Source: an uncultured virus (IMG/VR IMGVR_UViG_3300031994_000090)
Lineage: Duplodnaviria > Heunggongvirae > Uroviricota > Caudoviricetes
Strand: one strand, 5' to 3'
IMG/VR virus record: IMGVR_UViG_3300031994_000090
Length of the DNA stretch: 64,000 nucleotides
The translations under genes and the position numbers were made by a program. This document shows positions 47,659 through 57,136 of this stretch, piece by piece. Under the pieces are notes generated by a model, which saw only the letters and a program-made list of their open reading frames with translations, did not search any database and was not told the origin of the DNA. Every line of letters starts with the position of its first letter. Within the stretch, counting starts at the first letter, position 1.

Positions 47659-48114
47659 ATGGATGAAAGCAAATCACTGAAAGAGCAAATAGACTATTCC
47701 GTTCCTAAATACCAGATGGCTTCGATTTACAAAGGATTGAAGCGGTTGGCAAAGCGCGTTCATAAACTCCAGTTCGAAATGACGAAGGAGAACAAACGCA
47801 TTTATGGGGACCGTATTAGCGATAGGGTTCTGGATTGTATAGAGGATTTTGTAATCGCCTATGATTTTCAAGACGAGAGGCCGCATTACTATATGAAACT
47901 CACCGCAGATATTCATATTGTTATGAGTCTCATGGGTGAAATCATAGACGAGCATATCCTTATTCCGAAAGCCCATGTAACTGGCAGTGATGGCAGAACC
48001 GTACCAAATAAGCAGGACAAACTCGTGATTCAGATTTACGAAGAGATAGGAAAAATTGACACAGACATGGGTAAATGGAGGGTGTCGGCAATTAGCAGCA
48101 AGCCTGGCCAATGA
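47659..48114 (+). CDS. avd: Avd-like accessory protein
   Basis: 151 aa helical protein between target and TR; IGKIDTDMGKW end. Confidence 0.7.
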   Translation: MDESKSLKEQIDYSVPKYQMASIYKGLKRLAKRVHKLQFEMTKENKRIYGDRISDRVLDCIEDFVIAYDFQDERPHYYMKLTADIHIVMSLMGEIIDEHILIPKAHVTGSDGRTVPNKQDKLVIQIYEEIGKIDTDMGKWRVSAISSKPGQ

Positions 48115-48215
48115 AATCCCTTGAAATATGAGGGTCGGTCCAGACAGTCTGCTCATCTGAATAAGATGGAGCCCATACTGTCATTTACAGTTAAGAACAA
48201 GAAAATGGGCGTTGA

Positions 48216-48337
48216 GGTTCCAACCTTTGGTCTTGCCTTCGTAACAACGCCAACAACGCGTGGAATGCGAATGGCAACAACGGTTTCTTCAACAACAACA
48301 ACTTGTATAACACCTACGTTGTTGTGCCCGTGGCGCA
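48216..48337 (+). ncRNA. DGR template repeat (TR)
   Basis: 122 bp, 14 AAY codons, between avd and RT. Confidence 0.95.
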
Positions 48338-48366
48338 GCTTATTTATGAGCAATTATCGTTGAACT

Positions 48367-49545
48367 ATGGTAAGTTTAAGGGAAGTATATCGGGATTATC
48401 GTGATGCGGTTAAAAACAAGTCGCATAATCCAGATTATGTCGCTTTTGACCTGCACCGTTGCGCAAAATTGAACAAACTGCGCGACGACATAGAGAATCG
48501 TACTCTGCGGCCCACATCTTCCGCCTATGTCGTCTTTTCCCCGGTAATCAGAGAGGTGTATTCCGCCGATGTAGCCCAGTGTACGGTGGAGCATCGTCTG
48601 GAAAGACACCTCCGGCCCTTGATTGAGAAGGTAATCAATCCGAGGGTATTTAATAACCGCGTCGGCATGGGACTCGACAGAGCCCTTAACTGCCTCGCGG
48701 AAGATATTTTTGAGGTGAGCAACGGGTACACCGAGGATTGCCACGTGGCCGTTGCGGACCTCTCCGGGTATTTTCCGAACGCCAACCAGGAACGCAGTTA
48801 CAATATCCTTAAGCAACTGATTCTGGATTCGGACATTGCTCCGGAGAAAAAGGATGAACTGGTCTATCTGCTCCGGATGAGCATATACTTCAACGCAAAT
48901 GCTTCCGAACGGCGCAGTCCCGCTGCGGACTGGTATAGGGTGCCGCCGAACAAGAGTCTCATGAACAAGCCTGACGGCTTCGGTGCGGCCCCCGGAAAGA
49001 TAATCATGCAGATGGCCATGACGTTTTACCACGACGAGGTAATTAAGTGGCTCCTCTCGTGCGGAGTGCGTGTCACCGTATATGGCGACGACTTCGCCTT
49101 TGTTTTTAAGGATAAAGACCAGTTCCTCAACCTCATTATGCCGGAGTTCCGCTCAAGGATGGCCGCTATCGGATGCGAGGTTCACAAGCGGAAGTTCTAC
49201 TGCCAGTATTACAAGAAGGGTGCGCATTTCTGCTCGCAGTGGGTACTTCCCGGGCGCGTATATGCCGGGAATCGTACCGTCTATAACTTCTTCGAGAAGA
49301 TAAAGTATTGGAACCGCCGGTTCTCGCTCCGCAATGCCGAGAGGATGGTGTCTTCCCTTGATTCGTATTTCGGCATTTTCCGTAACCGGCAGGGATATGC
49401 CATCCTCCGCCGTGGATACGAGAGGTTGACTGCCAGATGGAAAGAGGTGGTCGAACTGAAGGAGCGCAAGAATATCCTCGGTCTTCGGGACGGGTACAAG
49501 CACAAGGAATTGATATGCAAAATCTATAAACTCAACTTAATATAA
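48367..49545 (+). CDS. DGR reverse transcriptase
   Basis: REVY, NNRVGMG, ADLSGYFPN, YGDD; adjacent to TR. Confidence 0.92.
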   Translation: MVSLREVYRDYRDAVKNKSHNPDYVAFDLHRCAKLNKLRDDIENRTLRPTSSAYVVFSPVIREVYSADVAQCTVEHRLERHLRPLIEKVINPRVFNNRVGMGLDRALNCLAEDIFEVSNGYTEDCHVAVADLSGYFPNANQERSYNILKQLILDSDIAPEKKDELVYLLRMSIYFNANASERRSPAADWYRVPPNKSLMNKPDGFGAAPGKIIMQMAMTFYHDEVIKWLLSCGVRVTVYGDDFAFVFKDKDQFLNLIMPEFRSRMAAIGCEVHKRKFYCQYYKKGAHFCSQWVLPGRVYAGNRTVYNFFEKIKYWNRRFSLRNAERMVSSLDSYFGIFRNRQGYAILRRGYERLTARWKEVVELKERKNILGLRDGYKHKELICKIYKLNLI

Positions 49546-49551
49546 TCAGCC

Positions 49552-49800
49552 ATGAAACAGAACGAAAAACTCATTGCCATTCAGGCTCAGGAAGACATCA
49601 TCCGTGACCGGGAGGCACGCCTTTCTTCCACCGATTACATCGCCGCAAAGATTGCCGAAGGTAAGGCCACCAAGACCGAGTACAAGGTAAAGATTGACGA
49701 GCGCCAGACCTGGCGTGACGAAATCAACGCCGCCCAGGAGGAAATCGCACGGCTCAATGCCATCGAACCCGAGGAGGACGTGAACGATGATGCTCGATAA
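49552..49800 (+). CDS. Small phage protein (tail-fibre associated)
   Basis: LSSTDY...KIAEG...RQTWRDEIN. Confidence 0.55.
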   Translation: MKQNEKLIAIQAQEDIIRDREARLSSTDYIAAKIAEGKATKTEYKVKIDERQTWRDEINAAQEEIARLNAIEPEEDVNDDAR

Positions 49801-50089
49801 CGTAATCGTCACGGACAACAATATCCACATCACGGATTCGGCGTTTCTGTCGAAGCGTGATGCGGATAGTCTTCTGTATGAGGTGGCGGCAGAATACCCT
49901 ACATGCTCCGTGGTTGTCAACCGCACCCATGGAAGCATGATGCGGGAATGGGCTGCGCACACCCTTCTTTACAAACTCCACCTCTTTCGCTCCCATACGA
50001 AGGATGTGGACCTTAATTATCCGCAGAGGTGGTGGGTGTCTCTCGCCTACAACATCTTCGGTGCTATCGCCCTAATCTTCTTAAAGTAA
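49787..50089 (+). CDS. Hypothetical protein
   Basis: REWAAH motif, C-terminal hydrophobic segment. Confidence 0.55.
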   Translation: MMLDNVIVTDNNIHITDSAFLSKRDADSLLYEVAAEYPTCSVVVNRTHGSMMREWAAHTLLYKLHLFRSHTKDVDLNYPQRWWVSLAYNIFGAIALIFLK

Positions 50090-50095
50090 AGTGTT

Positions 50096-50359
50096 ATGAA
50101 AAAGTTGTTTGAAAAAATCAAAGAGTGGTTCCTGACCCTCGACCAGCGGTATTACATCGCTTTCATCATCGGCATGATTCTCGCCGCCTTTATCGCCCTC
50201 GTGGTTCCCAAGTTCGCGGAGTGGTGCGTGGTTCCTATCTTCTTCGCCCTTGCCATCCTTGAGTTTGTCCGGCAGTGGCAGGGGAAGCCTTCTTGGTGGA
50301 GGTACGAGCTGGCCACACTTATCGGCAGTGTAATCATCTGGATATTCCAGATAGTATAG
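50096..50359 (+). CDS. Small membrane protein
   Basis: Three hydrophobic segments. Confidence 0.6.
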   Translation: MKKLFEKIKEWFLTLDQRYYIAFIIGMILAAFIALVVPKFAEWCVVPIFFALAILEFVRQWQGKPSWWRYELATLIGSVIIWIFQIV

Positions 50360-50371
50360 GAGGAACGGACA

Positions 50372-50860
50372 ATGGTACAGGCTACTGAAAACGGCGCAGT
50401 CAACACCGTAGTGGAGGGGGGCGCAACCATTGGAGTAGTCGCTTTCTTCTCTGAAGCCATGAAACAGACTTTGCCTTGGCTGGTACTGGCGGTACCTATC
50501 ATAGTTCTCGACTTGCTGTACGGTATCCGTGCGGCAAAATATCGTGGTGAAAAGGTGCGTTGGTCAACTGCCATCAGGAGGACCGTTGACAAGGCGGTTG
50601 GGTATGTCATGTGGTGCGCCGCCGCAGTAATGATTGCCCAGCTCTTTGAGGTCGCGTGGCTCGACAAGGTTATTCTCGGCCTTGTGTACGGAAACGAACT
50701 CATCAGTGTCATTGGCAACTACCTCGAAACGAAGGGTATCACCCTCTCTGTCGGGGCCCTCTGGAACCTTATCTTCCGCAAGGCGGGCGAGAAAGTTGGC
50801 GTAGAGGTCTCGAAGGAGGAACTGGAGGAAGTGATAAAGCATAAGGGGGAAAAGCAATGA
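50372..50860 (+). CDS. Holin
   Basis: DLLYGI...RRTVDK...ELISVIGN, transmembrane helices, precedes amidase. Confidence 0.8.
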   Translation: MVQATENGAVNTVVEGGATIGVVAFFSEAMKQTLPWLVLAVPIIVLDLLYGIRAAKYRGEKVRWSTAIRRTVDKAVGYVMWCAAAVMIAQLFEVAWLDKVILGLVYGNELISVIGNYLETKGITLSVGALWNLIFRKAGEKVGVEVSKEELEEVIKHKGEKQ

Positions 50861-51546
50861 CTTTCTACGAACAGTGCCTTGGGGGTTATGTGCCCCAGGG
50901 CATTACCCTTCCGGTAATGTACGGCGGCAAGCCCGTGGGCCTTCTTCTTGATGGTGGCCATGGGCTTGAGCAGTACACGCCCGGGAAGCGCTCTCCGGAC
51001 GGAACGCTCATTGAGGGCCGGTGGAACCGCGAAATGGTCGCAAGGCTCCTTCCGGACTTGCGTGCCATCGGCTTTGACGCCAGGTGCCTTATACCGGAGG
51101 ATGAAGACATCAAACTGGCGGACCGAGTGGCGAGAGCGAATGCTATTATGGCCAGAGAGTCGGACAAGGCGTGGTTCTACCTTTCAGTGCATATCAATGC
51201 CGCTTCCGGTCCGGGATGGGAGCCTCGCGCCTCCGGTTTCTGCGCTTACGCCAGCGCCAACGCGAGCGAGGTGAGCCGGAACTTCGCAAGGGCCATGGTG
51301 GCCGCAGCGCATCGTTTTGGACTGAAGGGGAACCGCTCTGTCCCCAAAGAGGGTTACTGGACTGCCGGATTCTATGTGATACGATGCACAAAGATGCCCG
51401 CCATCCTCACGGAATCGCTCTTTATGACCAACCCCAAGGAGTGCGAGTTCCTGAAGAGCGAGAAGGGAAAGGAGACGCTTTCTGCCGTACACGTGGAGGC
51501 TCTTTGTGATTTCTTTAGAGTGCCCTATGCCCACGTTAACGGATAG
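50857..51546 (+). CDS. Endolysin, N-acetylmuramoyl-L-alanine amidase (Amidase_3)
   Basis: LDGGHG, E, SVHINA, PAILTE. Confidence 0.9.
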   Translation: MTFYEQCLGGYVPQGITLPVMYGGKPVGLLLDGGHGLEQYTPGKRSPDGTLIEGRWNREMVARLLPDLRAIGFDARCLIPEDEDIKLADRVARANAIMARESDKAWFYLSVHINAASGPGWEPRASGFCAYASANASEVSRNFARAMVAAAHRFGLKGNRSVPKEGYWTAGFYVIRCTKMPAILTESLFMTNPKECEFLKSEKGKETLSAVHVEALCDFFRVPYAHVNG

Positions 51547-51709
51547 AGAGAAGGCGGTGGATAAGATACTGCGCGACCTGGGGCTTGGCCCGGAGTTGCG
51601 CGGCCTTGTCTCCCGCGAGGTGGGGAGCATGACCGGCTATGCCACAGAACTGGATAGTATCACTATCCGCCAGATTGAAGTGTATTTGAGAAAAACCTTA
51701 AGCCAATGA
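51527..51709 (+). CDS. Small hypothetical protein
   Basis: Overlaps both neighbours. Confidence 0.45.
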   Translation: MPTLTDREKAVDKILRDLGLGPELRGLVSREVGSMTGYATELDSITIRQIEVYLRKTLSQ

Positions 51710-52260
51710 AACGATTCTTCGAAATAGCGGGCATTTTAGCCCTTGTAGCACTCGGGTGGATACTTGGGACCTTTTATCCGGTAAAGTCGCTCCAGCGGCT
51801 TGCAGGGTGGCAAGAGCGGCGAGATACGACTTATTTCCACGATACCACTTTCGTTGATAAGCCCGTACCAGTCGAAGTAACCCCCTTGGGCTATGAACTT
51901 ATCCCCATTGGGACGATGGATAGGATAGCCGGGCAGATACGGGCCCTGGAGGACTCTCTTGAGAAAAAGCCACGTATCGCCAGGAAGGATAGTTTAATCT
52001 ACATCGAGGTGCCCATGGAACAGAGACACTTCACGGACAGCACCACCTACGACGCTTGGGTATCCGGCTATAACCCGAAACTCGACTCCCTTCGCATCTA
52101 CACCACTTCGATGCAGATAGACGTCACCAAGGAGCCGATAGCCCCCAAGAGACTATTCAGCTTTGGAGTCCAAGTGGGCATCGGTGCCCAGTACGGACTT
52201 GTGCGAAAGCAATTCGACATAGGACCCTACGTTGGAGTGGGATTGCAGTACAATTTCTGA
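51706..52260 (+). CDS. Spanin-like lysis accessory protein
   Basis: N-terminal TM, YDAWVSGY, C-terminal beta-strand GPYVGVGLQYNF. Confidence 0.55.
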   Translation: MKRFFEIAGILALVALGWILGTFYPVKSLQRLAGWQERRDTTYFHDTTFVDKPVPVEVTPLGYELIPIGTMDRIAGQIRALEDSLEKKPRIARKDSLIYIEVPMEQRHFTDSTTYDAWVSGYNPKLDSLRIYTTSMQIDVTKEPIAPKRLFSFGVQVGIGAQYGLVRKQFDIGPYVGVGLQYNF

Positions 52261-52267
52261 AACGAAT

Positions 52268-52303
52268 AAAAGCCCCGCAAGGATTTCTCCTTACGAGGCT
52301 TTG
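52268..52303. terminator. Bidirectional terminator between convergent arms
   Basis: AAAAGCCCCGCAAGG...CCTTACGAGGCTTT. Confidence 0.6.
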
Positions 52304-52306
52304 TTG

Positions 52307-52552
52307 TCAATGGCCTTTCTTGAGGGCTATGAGGTTGCGGAGACCTCTGCTCCCGGGCGGGATTCCCTTCCCGCGAAAGCCGCCGGTGAACGGGAAGTAT
52401 TCGATGGTGGCGCAGTTGACTTTGACGTATAGCGAGAACTCCGTCTCACCAATCACATCAATACCGGCCCTCGCGAGTTCCCGCTTGGCTCCGGCCTTGC
52501 GCCGAGGGAGAATCGTATCCCTTGCTTCCCGCCACTCTTTACTTGTTGACAT
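52307..52552 (-). CDS. Hypothetical protein
   Basis: 81 aa ORF. Confidence 0.55.
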   Translation of the reverse strand: MSTSKEWREARDTILPRRKAGAKRELARAGIDVIGETEFSLYVKVNCATIEYFPFTGGFRGKGIPPGSRGLRNLIALKKGH

Positions 52553-52838
52553 CGGTCTTATCCTCCGGACTTAAGGTTTTATTCACTCTGTCTATATCGT
52601 CTTTGAGTCTCTTGAATGCCGCATCCAGCTTGTCTGCGGTCTCTTGGCTCATAGGCTTAATTTCTGTAATGAGGGGCTTGCTCATTGACTCTTTCATCGC
52701 CTCGCGGAACCCACGAAGCATTTCTCCGGAAATGATGTCGCCGAACATTTCTTCGAGCCTATCGACACGTCTTTCAAGTCGAATCAGAAGAAAGATGATG
52801 GCGAGCAGGACCAGACAGATAATAAGGTTGCTATTCAT
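52539..52838 (-). CDS. Membrane-anchored hypothetical protein
   Basis: N-terminal TM. Confidence 0.55.
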   Translation of the reverse strand: MNSNLIICLVLLAIIFLLIRLERRVDRLEEMFGDIISGEMLRGFREAMKESMSKPLITEIKPMSQETADKLDAAFKRLKDDIDRVNKTLSPEDKTDVNK

Positions 52839-53163
52839 GGCTCTGTTCCTGCAATATCCGTTTCAGTTCTTTCGGTGTTGATACCTCCCGGTGGTGCCTT
52901 ATTGTTTCAATGAATTTATCCCGGCCATATTGTTTGTATAGTTGGATGAAGTCTGCTTGAATAAGGTCGCAAGGTTCTCCGGGCTCGATAGCCTTTTCTT
53001 TGCCCTCTTTTTCTGCAATGAGAGAGAGTTCAAAGATGTCGCGACCATTTTTATCGACGATAACAAATCGATGGCCATCAATGTTAACTGCTCCAGTGTG
53101 ACGAACAATGGAGAACTGGGAGTTAGCCCAGAACTCTTCTGTCATTAGGATGGGTAATTTCAT
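52831..53163 (-). CDS. Hypothetical protein
   Basis: Start MKLPIL overlaps upstream stop. Confidence 0.6.
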   Translation of the reverse strand: MKLPILMTEEFWANSQFSIVRHTGAVNIDGHRFVIVDKNGRDIFELSLIAEKEGKEKAIEPGEPCDLIQADFIQLYKQYGRDKFIETIRHHREVSTPKELKRILQEQSHE

Positions 53164-53462
53164 AGTCTTTCTCCAAGTTTGATTACATAATACTCTTTGC
53201 CGGGCTTTGCGCCCCATTTCTCTTGGCCGGTGCCAACCCGGCAACCACCATATTTGAATGACATCGTTTTACGGTCTTTTGCATAGCCGCGATAGAAGGT
53301 GACAATATCGTATTTCCTCCACCGAAGATGCGGCTCGCTCCATCCGGTTTCTAACCTTCTTCGATAGAATTGCGTCAGACTGCGATACTCCTCCAGCTTT
53401 TCTCCGGAGTCAATCATGTCGTAATACTCATACGTCAGGACGAGTTTCAGTTCTCTTACCAT
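53160..53462 (-). CDS. ASCH domain protein
   Basis: YYDMIDSGEKLEEYR...FYRGY. Confidence 0.8.
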   Translation of the reverse strand: MVRELKLVLTYEYYDMIDSGEKLEEYRSLTQFYRRRLETGWSEPHLRWRKYDIVTFYRGYAKDRKTMSFKYGGCRVGTGQEKWGAKPGKEYYVIKLGERL

Positions 53463-53519
53463 AAATACTATAATTTGATTTCTTTTTCAATGCCAACGGG
53501 CCGACGGGCGTACTGGGGC

Positions 53520-54044
53520 CTAATACGGATTTTTTAGATTATCCAGAATCTTACGCCACTTTATTGGCATCCAATATGCGTTGCATACCATAAAGTGCTC
53601 GCAATCGTGCCGAATAAAGCGGATGTATTTAATATCCCAGCCCATACAATCCTTGACATCTGCTGCGAGGTATCGCCAATCCTCATCATATCCACCAGAC
53701 CTTTCGCAAAGTTTCTTGAGCCAAGGCAAAATTTTACCGGCCTCGATTAAGTAGTCTCCGAGCGATTTGGATTGCGCTATCCGCCGTGCCCTTGCAAGAC
53801 CCTCGTTAGAGCGGACCTCAAGACCACACTCGGCTTTCTTGTATAGTTCCGGTTTCTTGAAGCCCCAACCCAGGGCGAAGTCACGGGTGTCGCAATTTAT
53901 TGTTTGAATGTGTTCAGCAACTATCGCATCGTCCATAATGCGATTTATCGGCACCCAATCATCGTATGTTCCATCAATGATGTTAAGTGTGTCTGGTACT
54001 TTATTCATAGACATTATTTGATAAAAAGGGTGCGGCCCCTCCAA
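53520..54044 (-). CDS. Hypothetical protein
   Basis: ORF; start uncertain. Confidence 0.55.
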   Translation of the reverse strand: MEGPHPFYQIMSMNKVPDTLNIIDGTYDDWVPINRIMDDAIVAEHIQTINCDTRDFALGWGFKKPELYKKAECGLEVRSNEGLARARRIAQSKSLGDYLIEAGKILPWLKKLCERSGGYDEDWRYLAADVKDCMGWDIKYIRFIRHDCEHFMVCNAYWMPIKWRKILDNLKNPY

Positions 54045-54087
54045 ATGGAGAGAGGAATATGTACACTATCCTCCGCACCCCGTAATC

Positions 54088-54432
54088 CTATCTATTATCT
54101 CCTTCCCCGTGAATCTTATCCCGATTCAAGCGGTCAGTGAGTTTTTCGATGTTCTTTTCCGCCACGTAGGAAAGGGAAACGCCAAGGGCGTGAGCCATGA
54201 TAGAGAGATACCAGAGGGTGTCGCCCATTTCCAGAACGATTGCCTCCACTCTTTCTGTGTCAATTTTCCCACCCGCATCCCTGATGGACTTCTTGATTTT
54301 CCCGGCCACTTCACCGGCCTCCTCGCAGAGTCCAAGAGCGCAGTATTTGGCGAGGTTCTTCTTACGCATCCTCTTGAACTTATCCAGAAGGAAAGTCCTT
54401 GAGGCTTCTTGATACGAATCAAAATTATACAT
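54088..54432 (-). CDS. MazG-like nucleotide pyrophosphohydrolase
   Basis: LGLCEEAGEV...EMGDTLWY...NIEKL.DR. Confidence 0.88.
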   Translation of the reverse strand: MYNFDSYQEASRTFLLDKFKRMRKKNLAKYCALGLCEEAGEVAGKIKKSIRDAGGKIDTERVEAIVLEMGDTLWYLSIMAHALGVSLSYVAEKNIEKLTDRLNRDKIHGEGDNR

Positions 54433-54434
54433 AC

Positions 54435-54770
54435 TTATCCGATGATTTTATACATCTGCATAAACCCATCCTCCTCCTTGATGGGCTTATATCCACACTT
54501 CTTATAGAAGTCCTGCACCCAGTCCGTGAGGACGGAATTGAGGTCAATACGAAAGATGCCTTGTTCCCGACAATAAGACTCGCAAGCGAGCATAAGCGCC
54601 CTTGCTATGCCTTGCCTTCGTAGTGGCTCTATGACCGAGAGACCAGAGAGGTAGCAGACACCGGGGTTATTGTCCTCAAATGACATTTCCACGATTGCTC
54701 CGCCATCGGACTTGATAATCCTTACGGATTTGCCCCACGGCCAGGTGTTATGATGCCAGATTAGTTTCAT
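54435..54770 (-). CDS. GNAT acetyltransferase
   Basis: RRQGIARALM...FYKKCGY. Confidence 0.85.
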   Translation of the reverse strand: MKLIWHHNTWPWGKSVRIIKSDGGAIVEMSFEDNNPGVCYLSGLSVIEPLRRQGIARALMLACESYCREQGIFRIDLNSVLTDWVQDFYKKCGYKPIKEEDGFMQMYKIIG

Positions 54771-54882
54771 TTATGTCTCAATAAAAAGGGGCGGCGTCTC
54801 AATCATCCTCCTTCTTTCGGAACACGTCCGATACCGGGAATCCGCCATGCACCACGCGCAGACTTTTCCGCCCCGTTGCCAT

Positions 54883-55101
54883 TTACGGCTTAATAGTTTT
54901 TCTGGTTATTTTATGGGATTGTACCCATGCTTTTGCTTCGCTCAGCTTATGGAAGATAAGGGGAGCCCATTCTCCTTTTACTGTCGGTTCTGTAACATCT
55001 ACCCACCACAAGAGCCCGAGTAGTCTTTTCTGGATTTTGAAGTGATGGTAGTGGCCGACGCCTTCGGAAACAATTCTGTACTTCATAATATACCTCCCCA
55101 T
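54883..55101 (-). CDS. Hypothetical protein
   Basis: Short ORF. Confidence 0.45.
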   Translation of the reverse strand: MGRYIMKYRIVSEGVGHYHHFKIQKRLLGLLWWVDVTEPTVKGEWAPLIFHKLSEAKAWVQSHKITRKTIKP

Positions 55102-55481
55102 ATTTCTCCGGGATGCGGATTATCAAATTCCGGATTATGGAAATGCTCGCAACCCTCAACAATCGAAGGCATCTGCTCCCAGTTATCATCGTCGATATTC
55201 CGCAATTCTTCCTTCTTCCATTCTGCGCAGAGCGGAGTGAATAGGAGGCAGTTCTTTGCTTCGCATACACGGACCGGTACTCTACTCGTGAGCCCCGGAG
55301 CCTTCTCTACTTCTTGCTTCTCGTCCGTCTGCGTGTAGTGTACGCAAAACTCCCAACATTGCGGCTTATTCTTGGGGTTCTCGTGGCAAAGCCTTTCGTG
55401 CCGAGAAAGAGCCCCGGCATTAAGTGAGACCTTACCGCAATGCTCACATTGATACACTTTTATGTTAGTGAGTGTTTTCAT
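55083..55481 (-). CDS. Zinc-finger hypothetical protein
   Basis: CEHC...HERLC. Confidence 0.6.
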   Translation of the reverse strand: MKTLTNIKVYQCEHCGKVSLNAGALSRHERLCHENPKNKPQCWEFCVHYTQTDEKQEVEKAPGLTSRVPVRVCEAKNCLLFTPLCAEWKKEELRNIDDDNWEQMPSIVEGCEHFHNPEFDNPHPGEIWGGIL

Positions 55482-55945
55482 AGTTTTGAACAGTAATAAC
55501 AGTATCTATAACCACGATTAACACGCCTTTTCAGGCAGCATTGACACCATTCGGGATTACCCTTCCGACTATCTAACTCTTGCTGTGTTAACTCTACGTT
55601 AAGGTTTTGCTTCCGGTTGATAATCTTGTTATGCCGAGGATGGTATTTTTGAATCATTTCGTACTCCTTATTGAGCATATCTTGCTCATTATCGAAGCGA
55701 AACTCCTCCTTGAACTCGAATGGTTTTCCGTGCATTGAGTGGTAATACCATCTGGAGTATGGGTGTTGAATGGTAGTCCCAACATAAACAACCTTTCCGT
55801 TGGCATACCCGAAATACACAATGTATTTGTCTTTCCGCCGTGTATAATCCTTTACCTCTTGCAAGAAGGATTCGTAGTCTTTGGGGCCATCTACCCGTTT
55901 CTTGTAGTAACTATATAACCCATTCTGGTAATCGGTCCACCTCAT
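55478..55945 (-). CDS. GIY-YIG-like nuclease
   Basis: YIVY...VYVGTT...R...H...E...N. Confidence 0.6.
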   Translation of the reverse strand: MRWTDYQNGLYSYYKKRVDGPKDYESFLQEVKDYTRRKDKYIVYFGYANGKVVYVGTTIQHPYSRWYYHSMHGKPFEFKEEFRFDNEQDMLNKEYEMIQKYHPRHNKIINRKQNLNVELTQQELDSRKGNPEWCQCCLKRRVNRGYRYCYYCSKL

Positions 55946-55948
55946 AAC

Positions 55949-56140
55949 TTATCCATCTTTCTTCTCGCCAACAACAGGAGTCGTGTCGGTAACTTTAACC
56001 CATGAACCATCGAATGGCGAATCCGTGTCTATATCTATCACAACCTTCGCAGAATGTCCCAGGTCACTGATAGTGATTAGTTCCCTCGCACGAGCATAGC
56101 ACTCTGCGAGGGATGCGCAATTCAGTTCGATGTGTTTCAT
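55949..56140 (-). CDS. Hypothetical protein
   Basis: Tightly packed ORF. Confidence 0.45.
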   Translation of the reverse strand: MKHIELNCASLAECYARARELITISDLGHSAKVVIDIDTDSPFDGSWVKVTDTTPVVGEKKDG

Positions 56141-56141
56141 G

Positions 56142-56423
56142 CTATTCGCCCTTCAAATACGCCATTATAGGTGGCCAGATAACATTGAACACCTCTCGCT
56201 TTTCGGGTGGAACATCATCGATTGTAACACACTCGGCAAGGACGAGGTAAGGAGGCATCCCGATGGCGTCACAAATGGCGTAGAAATTCTCCTTGGTCGG
56301 GAGGGAAAGATTGTTTTCGATATTGTACAAAGCCGTTATGGAAATACCGGCTTTCTCGGCGACATTCTTTCGCTTTAGCCTCTTCTCTTTACGGAGCCGC
56401 TTAATGGTGCTTCCTAAATCCAT
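56142..56423 (-). CDS. XRE-family HTH regulator
   Basis: IKRLRKEK...VAEKAGISITALYNIENN. Confidence 0.85.
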   Translation of the reverse strand: MDLGSTIKRLRKEKRLKRKNVAEKAGISITALYNIENNLSLPTKENFYAICDAIGMPPYLVLAECVTIDDVPPEKREVFNVIWPPIMAYLKGE

Positions 56424-56424
56424 A

Positions 56425-56904
56425 CTACCTCTCCTCCACTATTTCGCAACCGGCGGAGCAGATGTAGTCGATATGCCCGGGCTCATCCTCGATGCCGAAA
56501 AACACTACGTCTTCGGGAGCCTTCTTAAGCCTCACGACCTTATAGATGCCACCGGCATGCTTTACCTTGAAAGGAACCGTTACGGGCTTGCCAACCTTGG
56601 CAAAATGTTCCTTGACGTCCTTAAGCAACGCCACGAGGGCATCTATTTCTGTGTCGCCAAACCCGCAGACACCTTCTTGAAGGTTGTCGCCAATCAGAAG
56701 GGAGACTTGATTTCCGTCCATTGTAGGCTCAATGGCGCACTCGTAGGCAATTCTGCCCATCAGTTCCTTTTCGGCCCTTTGTGCGCCAATCTGGGCGCCA
56801 TAGCAGACCGCTGTGTGCACTAAATCCCAAGTGAGTGTCGGATTGTACGCCTTTACGGACTCAACGTGCTCCTGGGCGATTTCGTCGATTGTTTTCATTG
56901 TCAT
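56425..56904 (-). CDS. Hypothetical protein
   Basis: GDNLQEGVCGFGDT. Confidence 0.6.
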   Translation of the reverse strand: MTMKTIDEIAQEHVESVKAYNPTLTWDLVHTAVCYGAQIGAQRAEKELMGRIAYECAIEPTMDGNQVSLLIGDNLQEGVCGFGDTEIDALVALLKDVKEHFAKVGKPVTVPFKVKHAGGIYKVVRLKKAPEDVVFFGIEDEPGHIDYICSAGCEIVEER

Positions 56905-57136
56905 TTATCTTTTCTGAAATTTTTCCCAAAACATTGATAATCCCCACCGCCAGATAGTACGCGGCGGGGAAGATGTTAACACCCGGTATCGCCCCGGCGA
57001 GGAATGCTTTGTATATCCCCGTCGAGCTGAGCCGGCATCCCTCCTTCAGTAGCCTCCGCACATTCCTTGTAGTGTAGAACGTGCAGATAGCCAAAGGAAG
57101 GAGGTAGAGAATAAGGATGATGCTATCTGCTTTCAT
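56861..57136 (-). CDS. Small membrane protein
   Basis: Hydrophobic segments. Confidence 0.5.
   Translation of the reverse strand: MKADSIILILYLLPLAICTFYTTRNVRRLLKEGCRLSSTGIYKAFLAGAIPGVNIFPAAYYLAVGIINVLGKISEKINDNENNRRNRPGAR

Noticed and set aside
48121..48363. ORFs across the TR
   Set aside because: They overlap the template repeat, which acts as RNA; likely incidental frames
48367..49545. Group II intron or retron RT
   Set aside because: Adjacent TR, avd-like gene and two adenine-mutated VRs identify a DGR
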